DNA of 64,000 nucleotides from an uncultured Acidobacteriota bacterium (GCA_963837495.1 CAWINF010000001.1:1289843-1353842); one strand, 5' to 3'; numbered from the stretch's first letter, positions 8,355 to 18,303 are shown. A program made the numbers and translations. The notes: generated by a model not told the origin, from the letters alone.

Positions 8355-9853
8355 CAAGCCTCCGTGTGCCGCAGTGAGAGGAGAGCGCCGATCGTCACGG
8401 TGATTGCCGAGCCGATGAGCGAGTACCAGGGCCACGCGATTCTTTCTCCCAGCGCGAAGGGAATCCAGCCCTTCGAGCCCAGCCAGAGGGCCAGCATGAA
8501 GAGTGTCGAGAGGGCGACGGCCCAGAGCAGGTCCCTCTCATCCGCGCGGCGGGCGTAGAGGGCCAGCAGAAATGCGCCGAGGAGGCCTCCCGCCGTCACG
8601 CTCGCCAGGCCCAGCGCGACCTGAACGGCGGGCTGCGACTGCGAGAGGCGCGAAAAGCCGACCGCGAGCGCCGCCAGCAGGACGGTCCAGAAGAGAGTGA
8701 GCGCGCGTCCCAGCCGCAGGCCGCTCCTTCCCGCCAGCCGATGTTTTCCCCAGATCGGAGCGACGAGATCGTGCGTCAGCGCCGAGGCGAGCGAGTTCAG
8801 GGCGGAAGACTCCGAGCACATCGCGGCCGAGAAGACTCCCGCCACCAGATATGCCGATACGAAACCGGGGAGCTGCCGCACGATGAACGTCGGAAAAACT
8901 TCGTCGGGTGCGCGGAAGGCGCCGGCGGCGGAAGGATCGATCGGCCGGCCGTGGAAGAACGCGAAGAGCATCACGCCGATCGAAAGAAAGAGCGACATCT
9001 GCAGCAGGACGACGAAGCCGCTTCCGATCAGCGCCTTCTGCGCGTCGCGGAGGCCGCGGCAGGCGAGCAGCCTCTGGACGATCAACTGGTCCGCGCCGTG
9101 GCTCGCCATCGCGAGGAACGTCCCGCCCAGCACCCCGGCCCAGAACGTGTACGGGCGCGCCAGGTCGAGCTCGAAGTGGAAGAGATGCGCCGGCTGCCCC
9201 GCCGCGGCGTTGGCCGCGAGCGCTCCGGCGAAGCCGCCGGGCGTCCGGGCGAGGAGAAACCCGAGCGCGAGGAGCGCCCCCGAGAGATAGATGAAGACCT
9301 GGATCAGGTCGATCCAGATGACCGCCTTGATCCCTCCCAGGAAGGTGTAGAGCGCCGTCGCGCCGGCCAGGATCAGGACGGCCGCCCAGACCGGGATCCC
9401 GAGGATCAGCGCGATCGGGATCGCCGGCACCGCCAGGCGCACGGCGGCCGCCATGATGCGAGTGACCATGAACAGGAGCGAGGTGAACCGGCGCGCGGCG
9501 GGGCCAAAGCGCGCCTCCAGCAGCGCGTAGGCGGTCGCGAGCTCTCCCTTGAAGTAACTCGGCAGCAGAAGCAGCGAGACCGCGATCCTCCCCAGGATGT
9601 AGCCGAAGACGAGCTGGAGGAACGCAAACCCGCTCCTGTAGGCGTCCCCGGGAATGGAGAGAAACGTCAGCGCCGAAGTCTCCGTCGCGACGATCGAGCC
9701 CATGACGGCCCACCAGGGCATCGCGTGACTCCCGAGGAAATAGTCGCGCGCGTCCTTCTGCCCGCGCCCGATCCAGGCGCCGAGGACGTTGATGCCGGCC
9801 AGGTACACGAGGATCAGCAGCAGCGTCGGCAGCCCCAGGCGCAGGGATTCCAT
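8354..9853 (-). CDS. Sodium:solute symporter (SSF) family transporter
   Basis: The 499-aa polytopic protein has an SSF-like N-terminus 'LGAWIGRGQKDARDYFLGSHAMPWW'. It is translationally coupled to the ADH gene. Confidence 0.8.
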   Translation of the reverse strand: MESLRLGLPTLLLILVYLAGINVLGAWIGRGQKDARDYFLGSHAMPWWAVMGSIVATETSALTFLSIPGDAYRSGFAFLQLVFGYILGRIAVSLLLLPSYFKGELATAYALLEARFGPAARRFTSLLFMVTRIMAAAVRLAVPAIPIALILGIPVWAAVLILAGATALYTFLGGIKAVIWIDLIQVFIYLSGALLALGFLLARTPGGFAGALAANAAAGQPAHLFHFELDLARPYTFWAGVLGGTFLAMASHGADQLIVQRLLACRGLRDAQKALIGSGFVVLLQMSLFLSIGVMLFAFFHGRPIDPSAAGAFRAPDEVFPTFIVRQLPGFVSAYLVAGVFSAAMCSESSALNSLASALTHDLVAPIWGKHRLAGRSGLRLGRALTLFWTVLLAALAVGFSRLSQSQPAVQVALGLASVTAGGLLGAFLLALYARRADERDLLWAVALSTLFMLALWLGSKGWIPFALGERIAWPWYSLIGSAITVTIGALLSLRHTEA

Positions 9854-9893
9854 CCTTGGCCCGATTATCCCTTGCTAGAATCCTGCGTCTTCG

Positions 9894-10394
9894 ATGGCTC
9901 TTTCCGCCGGGACTCGCCTGGGCCCCTACGAGGTGCTTGCGCCGCTGGGAGCCGGAGGCATGGGCGAGGTGTACCGGGCGCGGGACACGCGGTTGAAGCG
10001 CGAAGTCGCCGTTAAGGTCCTGCCCGGCGACGTCGCAAATGATCGCGACGCGCTCGCCCGGTTCGAGCGGGAGGCCCGCGCCGTGGCCGCTGCCCAGCAC
10101 GACATCGCCTGCATCTACGCCCTGCTCGGCGAGAAGGACCGGGCTCTCGACTGGCTGACCGATGCCGCGCGCGGCGGGTTCCCGTGTTACAGCTTCTTCG
10201 AACGCGACGCGTTTCTCGAGTCGATCCGCGGCGAGGAACGCTTCGGTCGGCTGATCGCCGAGCTGCAGGCCGAATGCGACGGGTACCGGCGGCTCTATCG
10301 GGACCCCAGCTGCAGCCGGCATTCGAGCGGCAGCCGGAACGGGGACATGACGATCGCCGGACGCTGCCGCGCTAGAATCGCGGGGATCAAATGA
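9894..10394 (+). pseudogene. Internally deleted Ser/Thr kinase-TPR gene remnant: kinase subdomains I-II joined directly to a C-terminal TPR tail
   Basis: The ORF starts like the full kinases ('[39 protein letters not shown]...RFEREA'). It then jumps to '[15 protein letters not shown]...[16 protein letters not shown]', which resembles a C-terminal TPR-type tail. No catalytic loop or DFG motif is present. Confidence 0.6.
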
Positions 10395-10476
10395 TTCCCC
10401 CGCAGGAACTGCGTTCGACGTCCTCCAATCCGCCTTCGCCGAGGCCGCGGCGGATGGCGTAACCGCCGGACAGCGC

Positions 10477-13053
10477 ATGACTCTGGCTCCCGGCGCGCGG
10501 CTCGGCCCCTACGAGATTCTCGCGCCTCTCGGGGCGGGAGGGATGGGCGAGGTCTATCGCGCTCGCGACGAGAGATTGAAGCGCGAAGTCGCCATCAAGG
10601 TCCTGCCGGCATCCTTCTCGGCCGATCCCGACAGGCTGCGCCGCTTCGAGCAGGAGGCCCAGGCGGCGGGAGCCTTGAATCACCCCAACATCCTGGCGAT
10701 CCACGACATCGGGACAGTCGAGGGGTCGCCCTACCTCGTCTCGGAGCTTCTCGAGGGAGAGACGCTGCGCGAGCGGCTCGCCGCCGGCGCTCTCGCGCCG
10801 CGCAAGACTGTCGAATACGCGGTCCAGATCGCCCAGGGGCTCGCCGCCGCGCACGAGAAGGGGATCGCGCATCGCGACCTGAAACCCGAAAACCTCTTCG
10901 TGACGCGGGACGGCCGGGTCAAGATCCTGGACTTCGGCCTCGCCAAGCTGACGCGGCCCGAGGAATCCCCGGCGGGGACGAGTCTTCCGACGCAGGCCGC
11001 GGCCACGGAGCCGGGCGTCGTCCTCGGGACGATGGGCTACATGGCCCCCGAGCAGGTGCGCGGGCGCGGCGCCGACCACCGCTCCGACATCTTCTCCTTC
11101 GGCTCGATCCTCTACGAGATGCTCTCCGGGAAGCGAGCCTTCCACGGCGACAGCGCCGCCGACACGATGAGCGCGATCCTGACGAAGGAGCCCGCCGAGC
11201 TCTCGGAGATTAACCGCAGTATCCCGCCGGGTCTCGAGCGCATCGTCCGGCACTGCCTGGAGAAGAACCCCGAGGAGCGTTTTCAGTCCGCCCGCGACCT
11301 CGCCTTCGATCTGCTTTCTCTCTCGGGGCAATCGGGATCGGTTGCCGGGTCAGCCGCGCCGTCGAAGAGCCCTCTCGCGGTCCGAGGAGTCTCGCTCCTT
11401 CGAGCCGGAGCGGCCGTCGCGGCCGGCATGGTCCTGGCCGGCATCGCGGGCGCGCTCCTCGCGAGGAGACCCGCGCCCGAGCCTCCCGCATTTCGAAAGC
11501 TCACTTTCCGCCGCGGCCTGGTCTGGTCGGCGCGCTTTGCGCCGGACGGCCGGACGGTCGTGTACGGCGCCGCCTGGGATGGAGCGCCGGTGGAGCTCTT
11601 CTCGACGCGCCCGGAGAGTCCCGAGTCCCGCGCGCTCGACCTGGGCTCGGCCGACGTTCTCTCGATCTCGCGGTCTGGGGAGATGGCGGTCTCTCTCAAC
11701 CGCCACTTCGTGACGGGCTGGGAGAATAGCGGCACGCTGGCGCAGGTCCCGCTCGACGGCGGAGCGCCGAGGGAGATCCTCGAGAACGTCTCCGAGGCGG
11801 ATTGGGCCCCCGACGGCAAGTCGCTCGCGATCGTCCATGACGTCGAAGGAAAGAACCGCCTGGAGTTCCCGATCGGGAAGGTCCTCTACGAGGCGCCGGG
11901 CTGGGTGAGCCTGGTGCGCGTGAGCCCGCAGGGCGACCGGATCGCCTTCATCGATCACGGGACTCGCGGAGACAACGTCGGCTCTCTCTGCGTCGTGGAC
12001 TCGAACGGGAAGAAGACGACGCTCAGCGAGCACGGAGGGCAGGGCATCGCCTGGTCTCCGTCGGGCAAGGAAATCTGGTTCAGCGCGGGGGGCGCGCTGC
12101 GGGCGATCTCGCTTTCGGGCTCCCAGCGGGTGGTCGCGCGGGTCCCCGGGGGATTGTGGGTCGAGGACATCTCCCCCAACGGAATGGTGCTTCTGACCCA
12201 CACCAACACCCGCCGGGAGATCGCGGGAATGGCTCCGGGCGAAACGAAAGAGCGCAATCTCTCCTGGCTGGACTGGTCGTTTCCGATCGCCCTGTCGGCC
12301 GATGGCCGGCTGCTTCTCTTCGAAGAACAGAACCGGGGAGACGGAAGCAGCTATCCCGTCTACTCCCGCAGGACCGACGGATCTCCCGCCGTCCGTTTGG
12401 GGGACGGCAATACGGTCGCGCTCTCTCCGGACGGCCGCTGGGCGCTCTCGGTCAAGTGGGAGACTCCCAATACCCAGCTCTCGCTGCTGCCGGTCGGCGC
12501 CGGCCAGACGCGGACGTTGCCGGGCGATGCCATCCGGTACCAGCCGTGGGGCGCCTGGCTGCCGGACGGAAAGCGGGTTCTCCTGGCGGGGTCCGAGCCG
12601 GGAAAGGGAACCCACCTCTACGTGCGGGACCTGGAAGGAGGGAAGGCTCGACTTGCGGCGCCCATGGACATTCGGGTCTCCTTTACCGGCATGACCGCCT
12701 CCCCCGACGGAAAATCCGCCACGGCGGTCCTGTCCGACGGAAGCGTCGCGATGATCTCGCTCGAGAGCGGACAATCGCGCCCGATTCCCGGACTCGCCGC
12801 GGGCGAGCTGCCGGTGCAGTGGAGCGAAGACGGCCGCTCGCTCTACGTCTGCCGTCCGCTGGGACTGCCCGCGAAGATCTACCGCCTGGATCCGGCCACC
12901 GGAGAGCGCTCTCTCTGGAAGGAGATCGCTCCTTCCGATCCCGCCGGAGTCTTCGGCATCGACCCGATCCGGCTGACGCGCGACGGGAAGTCCTACGTTT
13001 ATTCCTACAGGCGGCTGCTGACGGATCTCTACCTGGTGGAAGGATTGAAGTAG
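10477..13053 (+). CDS. Receptor-like Ser/Thr protein kinase with TM helix and TolB-like beta-propeller (paralog of 2150..4741)
   Basis: Kinase motifs [27 protein letters not shown] and APEQ are present. A TM stretch 'LLRAGAAVAAGMVLAGIAGALLA' follows. The C-terminal propeller repeats end in 'LYLVEGLK'. Confidence 0.9.
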   Translation: MTLAPGARLGPYEILAPLGAGGMGEVYRARDERLKREVAIKVLPASFSADPDRLRRFEQEAQAAGALNHPNILAIHDIGTVEGSPYLVSELLEGETLRERLAAGALAPRKTVEYAVQIAQGLAAAHEKGIAHRDLKPENLFVTRDGRVKILDFGLAKLTRPEESPAGTSLPTQAAATEPGVVLGTMGYMAPEQVRGRGADHRSDIFSFGSILYEMLSGKRAFHGDSAADTMSAILTKEPAELSEINRSIPPGLERIVRHCLEKNPEERFQSARDLAFDLLSLSGQSGSVAGSAAPSKSPLAVRGVSLLRAGAAVAAGMVLAGIAGALLARRPAPEPPAFRKLTFRRGLVWSARFAPDGRTVVYGAAWDGAPVELFSTRPESPESRALDLGSADVLSISRSGEMAVSLNRHFVTGWENSGTLAQVPLDGGAPREILENVSEADWAPDGKSLAIVHDVEGKNRLEFPIGKVLYEAPGWVSLVRVSPQGDRIAFIDHGTRGDNVGSLCVVDSNGKKTTLSEHGGQGIAWSPSGKEIWFSAGGALRAISLSGSQRVVARVPGGLWVEDISPNGMVLLTHTNTRREIAGMAPGETKERNLSWLDWSFPIALSADGRLLLFEEQNRGDGSSYPVYSRRTDGSPAVRLGDGNTVALSPDGRWALSVKWETPNTQLSLLPVGAGQTRTLPGDAIRYQPWGAWLPDGKRVLLAGSEPGKGTHLYVRDLEGGKARLAAPMDIRVSFTGMTASPDGKSATAVLSDGSVAMISLESGQSRPIPGLAAGELPVQWSEDGRSLYVCRPLGLPAKIYRLDPATGERSLWKEIAPSDPAGVFGIDPIRLTRDGKSYVYSYRRLLTDLYLVEGLK

Positions 13054-13062
13054 CGCCCGAAC

Positions 13063-14268
13063 TTACGGTTTGTATTGAAGGCTCCCTGCCGACAGGCGCC
13101 GGACCGCCTCGAGCAGAGTCTCTTCCTTCTTGGCGAAGTTGAAACGCGCGCGGGTCTTGCCGCCGCCTCGGCGGGCGTAGAACGAAGAGCCGGGAACGGC
13201 CAGCACGCCGACTTTCCGCGCGAGGAAGTTGACCAGATCCCAGTCGTCCTTCCAGCCGAGCTGCTTCGCGTCCACCATGACGTAGTAGGAGCCTTCCGGC
13301 GGCGTGAAGGCGAAGCCGCAGCTTGCGAGCGCGTCGAGCAGAATCGTCCGGCGCTTCGCGTACTCGCGGCGCAGATCTTCGTAGTAGGAATCGGGAAGCG
13401 CCAGCGCCACGCGGCCGGCCGCCTGGAAGGGAGAGGGCGCGCAGAGCGTGACGTAATCGTGGACCTTGCGGATCAAGGCCGTCAGAGGGGCCGCCGCGAC
13501 CGCCCAGCCCACGCGCCATCCGGTCACGGCGTACGTCTTGCCGAGGCCGCTCACCGTCACCGTGCGGTCTTCCATTCCGGGAAGCGAAGCAAGGGAGACA
13601 TGCCGGTGTCCCTCGTACCAGATGTGCTCGTAGATCTCGTCCACGACAGCGACGACACCGAAACGCTGGCAGAGGCGCGCGATCTCGGAAAGCTCCTCGC
13701 TGGAGAGGACGCGTCCCGAAGGGTTGCCCGGTGTGTTCAGGATCATGAGACGCGTCTTGTTCGTCACGGCCTTCTCGAGCCGCAAGACGTCGAGCGCGTA
13801 ATCGGACTCGCGAAGCGGCACGAAGCGGGGCCGGACACCCGCCAGGACGCAGGCCGGCAAGTAGTTCTCGTACCAGGGCTCGAGCATCACAACCTCGTCG
13901 CCGGGCTCCGTCAGGCCGATCACCGCGTCGGCGATCGCCTCGGAGACGCCGCAGGTAATGACCACCTCGGTCTGCGGGTCCACCGTCATGCTGTTGAAGC
14001 GCGCGCATTTCTCCGCCACGGCCTGCCGGAATTCCGGCGAGCCCCAGGTGAAGGAGTACTGGTGATGCCGGGTCTGGGAGAGGATCCCCGGCAGGGCGTC
14101 GAGCAGCTCTCCGGGAGGATCGAAGTCCGGCAGTCCCTGGGCGAGGTTGACTCCTCCGGTCTCCGCGCCGATCCGAGTCATCTCGCGGATGACCGACTCC
14201 TGGAACGGACGCGTCCGCCGCGAGAGGCCACGTCTCCTCTTCACTGGACTTATTAGAGTATCCCTCAC
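13063..14268 (-). CDS. Class I/II PLP-dependent aminotransferase (aspartate/kynurenine aminotransferase-like)
   Basis: Fold type I aminotransferase motifs are present: 'SGLGKTYAVTGWRVGW' with the PLP-lysine context, 'NTPGNPSG', and an N-terminal 'IREMT...NLAQGLPDF'. Confidence 0.85.
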   Translation of the reverse strand: MRDTLISPVKRRRGLSRRTRPFQESVIREMTRIGAETGGVNLAQGLPDFDPPGELLDALPGILSQTRHHQYSFTWGSPEFRQAVAEKCARFNSMTVDPQTEVVITCGVSEAIADAVIGLTEPGDEVVMLEPWYENYLPACVLAGVRPRFVPLRESDYALDVLRLEKAVTNKTRLMILNTPGNPSGRVLSSEELSEIARLCQRFGVVAVVDEIYEHIWYEGHRHVSLASLPGMEDRTVTVSGLGKTYAVTGWRVGWAVAAAPLTALIRKVHDYVTLCAPSPFQAAGRVALALPDSYYEDLRREYAKRRTILLDALASCGFAFTPPEGSYYVMVDAKQLGWKDDWDLVNFLARKVGVLAVPGSSFYARRGGGKTRARFNFAKKEETLLEAVRRLSAGSLQYKP

Positions 14269-14442
14269 GAAAGCGATGAAGCCCGCCTCGGTACACCTCT
14301 CCCGCAGGCTTCGGCCTCTGGACCGCTCTGGGCCTGCTCTTCTGGCCGGGAAGACCTTCCCCCTCTCCCCGCGAGAGAGGGACGGGCTGAGAGGATCATT
14401 TACCCTCTTTTCCCGCTTCTACCAGAGGGGTGCCGCTACAGC

Positions 14443-14495
14443 CCGGGTCGGGTCTCAGCGTGGCCATGCTGGAGCCTGACCCGGTATTTCTTTGT
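14443..14495 (+). terminator. Intrinsic-terminator-like hairpin inside the mgtA 5' leader
   Basis: The stem is ccgggtc (14443-49) paired with gacccgg (14478-84). A U-rich tract 'tatttctttgtt' follows, about 260 nt upstream of the mgtA start. Upstream there are several alternative ccctct/agaggg pairing segments. Confidence 0.4.
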
Positions 14496-14753
14496 TCCTC
14501 CGTGGGTATCTGCCGAGTCGTGAACTCTGCTTCGCGCGACCTGCGCCAGGACATCAGCAACTTCGTCATCCAGTACACCCTGGACTTCGGAGTGGTCGTC
14601 GGCTGGTAAGACGGCCCGCGATTCGGACTGATCCTCGGCATCTCGCTGACGCCATAGAACCGGGTATGCAGGCGTAGAGTGAAGATGTGCTCGTCGTCAA
14701 CGCATTCCTCGAATAGGCGAGTGAGACACACGGTCTTCCTGCGCATCTGAGTC

Positions 14754-17426
14754 ATGCCCATCATTCCGACCGCGATCCTGCCTAAGAATCTCTTCGCCGG
14801 CGTCCGGCGCGAGAAGACGCAGATCCGGGTGTCGCCGATCGTGATCGAGTCGGCAGCGCTGGACGCGGCAGGCGTCTATGCGCTGTTGGGCACGAGGCCC
14901 CAGGGGCTGACCACCGAGGAGGCCGAGGCTCGTCTTTCCGAGCGCGGGCCAAACGTCCTCGCCAAGGACCAGCGGCCGGGGATCGGAAAGCTGCTCTGGC
15001 ACGCGGTGCTCAATCCGCTGGTGATCCTGCTCGCGGTGCTGGCGGCCATTTCGTTTGCCACCGGCGACGCCCGGGCCGGAGTCGTGATGTCCCTGATGAT
15101 CGCCCTCGGCGTGGGTCTGAAGCTCATCCAGGAGGCCAGGGCCGACAGCGCGGCGGCCAGGTTGAAGGCCATGATCTCGGTTACTGCCACCGTCATCCGC
15201 GACGGCGCGCCGCGGGAGATCGCCGTCGCGCAGCTCGTGCCCGGCGACGTGGTCCAACTGGCCGCGGGAGACATGATCCCCGGCGACGTGCGCATGGTCG
15301 TCGCCAAGGACCTGTTCGTGATCCAGGGCTCGTTGACCGGCGAGAGTTTCCCCGTGGAGAAGTTCGAAATCGAGAAGAACGCCGCGACGACGGCGCCGAT
15401 CGAGCTGACGAGCGTCGCGTTCCTGGGGACGAGCGTCGAGAGCGGGTCGGCCCTGGCCGTGGTCGTCGCGACGGGAAAAGACACATTCCTGGGCCGGATG
15501 GCCCAGTCCCTTTCGGAGCAGCCGGAGCAGACGGCGTTCGACAGGGGTATCGCCCGCTTTACCTGGCTGATGCTCCGTTTCATCCTGGTGATGGTGCCGT
15601 TGGTGTTCCTCATCAACGGCCTGACCAAGGGCAACTGGGGCGAGGCCTTTTTCTTCGCCGTCGCGGTGGCCGTGGGCCTGACGCCCGAGATGCTGCCGAT
15701 GATCGTGACGGTCTGCCTCTCCAAGGGCGCGCTGGCGATGAGCCGCAAGAAGGTGATCGTCAAGCGCCTCAACGCGATCCAGAACCTGGGCGCCATGGAC
15801 GTCCTGTGCACCGACAAGACCGGCACGCTGACGATGGACCACGTCATCCTGGAAAGGCACTGTGACGTGGTGCTGCGAGAGGACGACGGAGTTCTGGCGC
15901 TGGCGTATCTGAACAGTTACTTCCAGACGGGGCTGAAGAACGTCCTGGACCGGGCGGTGCTGGCCCACCGGGAGACCCACGCCGAGGCGCACATTCCCGA
16001 CTATGCGAAGGTGGACGAGATCCCGTTCGACTTCCAGCGCCGCATCATGTCGGTCGTCGTCCGCACCCCCGAAGGCAGGGACCGCATCATCAGCAAGGGA
16101 GCCCCCGAGGCGGTCTTCGCCTGCTGCAAGGAGTTCGAGCTCGACGGCGAGCTGCTTCCGATGGATAACTTTCTCATCGAGGAACTCAAGGAGGAGTACG
16201 AGAGATTGAGCGCCGACGGTTTCCGCGTGCTGGCCATTGCCAGCAAGGACATCGTTCCGCGCGGGGTCGTCGCCGGTGACGCCACGCCCTACAGCAAGTC
16301 GGACGAGTGCGACCTGGTCTTGAACGGCTACGTCGCCTTCCTCGACCCGCCCAAGGAGACCGCCACGGCGGCCATCAAGGCCCTGCAGGATCACGGTGTC
16401 AGCGTGAAGGTCGTCACCGGCGACAACGACCTCGTTGCCCGCAAGATCTGCAAAGAGGTCGGGCTGCCCACCGACTTCGTGCTCCTGGGCGGAGATGTCG
16501 AGAAGATGACCGATGAGGAGCTGGCGGACGCCTCGGAAAAAGCCACTCTCTTCGCGCGCGTTTCCCCCGCCCACAAGCAGCGGATCATCAAGGCCCTGCA
16601 ATCCCGCAAGCACACGGTCGGCTTCATGGGCGACGGCATCAACGACGCCCCCGCGCTGCGCGCGGCCGACGTCGGGATCAGCGTCGATACCGCCGTGGAC
16701 ATTGCCAAGGAGTCGGCGGACATGATCCTGCTCGAGGTGTCTCTGATGGTCCTGGAGGAAGGCATCATCGAGGGGCGCAAGGTTTTTGCGAACATCCTCA
16801 AGTACATCCGCATGGGCGCGAGCAGCAACTTCGGCAACATGTTCAGCGTGCTGGGCGCGAGCATCTTCGTGCCGTTCCTGCCGATGCGGCCGATCCAGAT
16901 CCTGGCCAACAACCTTCTTTACGACATCAGCCAGACCGCCATCCCGACCGACGACGTGGATCCCGAGCAGGTCGAGAAGCCCCGCCCGTGGGACATGAAG
17001 AGCCTCACTCGCTTCATCGTCTTCATCGGACCGTGCTCTTCGGTTTTCGATTACACGACCTACTTCATGATGCTGTACATCTTCCACTGCTGGAACGTCG
17101 CCACGCCCCTGGCTGCGGCGAAGAGCGCGAGTCTCTTTCAGACCGGCTGGTTCGTGGAGAGCCTGCTGACGCAGACGATCATCATCCACATCATCCGCAC
17201 GAAGAAGATCCCGTTTCTGCAGAGCCGCCCGTCCTGGCCGCTGATGGTCATGTCCGTGTGCATTATGGCGGTCGGGATCGCCCTGCCGCTGACGCCGCTC
17301 GGGGCTTACCTCGGCTTCACGGCGCTGCCGCCGCTCTACTGGCCGCTTCTCGCCCTGACGCTCCTGTGCTACGTCCTCCTGACGCAGGGCGTTAAGACAT
17401 GGCTGGTGCGCCACAAGTGGATCTGA
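14754..17426 (+). CDS. mgtA: Magnesium-translocating P-type ATPase (MgtA/MgtB type)
   Basis: P-type ATPase motifs are present: phosphorylation site 'CTDKTGTLT', 'VKVVTGDN', and hinge 'MGDGINDAPALRAADVGISV'. There are 10 predicted TM segments. The N-terminal 'LTTEEAEARL' is typical of MgtA. Confidence 0.93.
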   Translation: MPIIPTAILPKNLFAGVRREKTQIRVSPIVIESAALDAAGVYALLGTRPQGLTTEEAEARLSERGPNVLAKDQRPGIGKLLWHAVLNPLVILLAVLAAISFATGDARAGVVMSLMIALGVGLKLIQEARADSAAARLKAMISVTATVIRDGAPREIAVAQLVPGDVVQLAAGDMIPGDVRMVVAKDLFVIQGSLTGESFPVEKFEIEKNAATTAPIELTSVAFLGTSVESGSALAVVVATGKDTFLGRMAQSLSEQPEQTAFDRGIARFTWLMLRFILVMVPLVFLINGLTKGNWGEAFFFAVAVAVGLTPEMLPMIVTVCLSKGALAMSRKKVIVKRLNAIQNLGAMDVLCTDKTGTLTMDHVILERHCDVVLREDDGVLALAYLNSYFQTGLKNVLDRAVLAHRETHAEAHIPDYAKVDEIPFDFQRRIMSVVVRTPEGRDRIISKGAPEAVFACCKEFELDGELLPMDNFLIEELKEEYERLSADGFRVLAIASKDIVPRGVVAGDATPYSKSDECDLVLNGYVAFLDPPKETATAAIKALQDHGVSVKVVTGDNDLVARKICKEVGLPTDFVLLGGDVEKMTDEELADASEKATLFARVSPAHKQRIIKALQSRKHTVGFMGDGINDAPALRAADVGISVDTAVDIAKESADMILLEVSLMVLEEGIIEGRKVFANILKYIRMGASSNFGNMFSVLGASIFVPFLPMRPIQILANNLLYDISQTAIPTDDVDPEQVEKPRPWDMKSLTRFIVFIGPCSSVFDYTTYFMMLYIFHCWNVATPLAAAKSASLFQTGWFVESLLTQTIIIHIIRTKKIPFLQSRPSWPLMVMSVCIMAVGIALPLTPLGAYLGFTALPPLYWPLLALTLLCYVLLTQGVKTWLVRHKWI

Positions 17427-17601
17427 ACGACTCCCGAGGGCCTGGAGGCCGGATCGAGGGCCAGCCCGGATAATTCACGGACACCCGGCCGAAACACGCG
17501 CATCGAATTGAGAGATGAGCGGTCTTTCTTGTCGAGATGCTGTGATGCCGAGGTACACGTTGTTCCGCGGGACGGCCGGAGTCGTTCGCGAATTATGCGG
17601 G

Positions 17602-18000
17602 CTAGGCGTAGGCCTTCATGTAGTCGATCCCGGAACGGAAGGCCTCGTTCCAGACCCGCGCGACCTCCGAGTCGAAGCGCCCGCTGCACTGCTCGACCGC
17701 GGAGAGCAGGCTCTGCATCCAGAGGTCGTAATGATGGCGCTTGATGCGCAGCGCCCGGTGGCGTTCCGCAAGCTCCGAGAGTGTCGAGAGGTCGGCCTGG
17801 TGCCGGGCGGAGGCGGCGACCATCACATACAGGGAAGCCCGCAGCGACCGGCGTTGCAACGCGAAATCGGTCTTCGCGAACAGGGCCCGGACCTCCTCGG
17901 AGGAATCCAGGAACTTGTCGTAGAAGACACGAAGGAAGCGGTCGTCCTGGATACAGCGCTCGAAGCTGTCGAGAAACAGGGCCAGATCGGCTTCTTTCAT
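17602..18000 (-). CDS. Single-domain globin-like protein (protoglobin / globin-coupled-sensor-type globin fold)
   Basis: The ORF is 132 aa with an all-helical pattern. The conserved 'FYDKF...F' and 'HYDLWMQSLLSAVEQ' stretches resemble bacterial globin family proteins. Confidence 0.5.
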   Translation of the reverse strand: MKEADLALFLDSFERCIQDDRFLRVFYDKFLDSSEEVRALFAKTDFALQRRSLRASLYVMVAASARHQADLSTLSELAERHRALRIKRHHYDLWMQSLLSAVEQCSGRFDSEVARVWNEAFRSGIDYMKAYA

Positions 18001-18303
18001 GGGCGTGGAGAAGTCTATCGCGGCCGGCCCCGAAGCCGGGAAACGGAATCCGGCGTCATCGTTGCTTCAGCCCGGCCGTCCAGTTGAGCAGCAGCGTGAT
18101 CGAGCGAGACGCCGTCGGATCCGCGGCGTTGACGACGAGAAGACGCTGACTGACGCCTCATGCTAGTCAGGAGAGAGCTTTCGATGGCTCGCTTCTTGCT
18201 CCCTCCTTCGAGCGTCATGGACGCGAAGAGCGCCCTCCACTGCGCCACGCTGAACGCCCGGGAGGGGTGTTGGAGACGTGGAACCCGCCGCGCGAGAAGA
18301 ATC

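Noticed and set aside
14269-14753. M-box (ykoK) Mg2+ riboswitch
   Set aside because: I could not find the conserved M-box sequence blocks by eye. I report only a generic structured leader with a terminator; a covariance-model search is needed.
14396-14764. A 122-aa ORF in the mgtA leader region (minus strand)
   Set aside because: It has no recognisable motifs and an odd composition. It overlaps the structured leader, so it is more likely non-coding regulatory RNA or DNA.
14697-17414. A 905-aa minus-strand ORF
   Set aside because: It is exactly antisense to the mgtA P-type ATPase gene, which has unambiguous catalytic motifs. It is a GC-driven artefact.
17515-18087. A 190-aa + strand ORF
   Set aside because: It overlaps the globin-like gene on the opposite strand and has no motifs. 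The globin-like ORF has the more protein-like composition.
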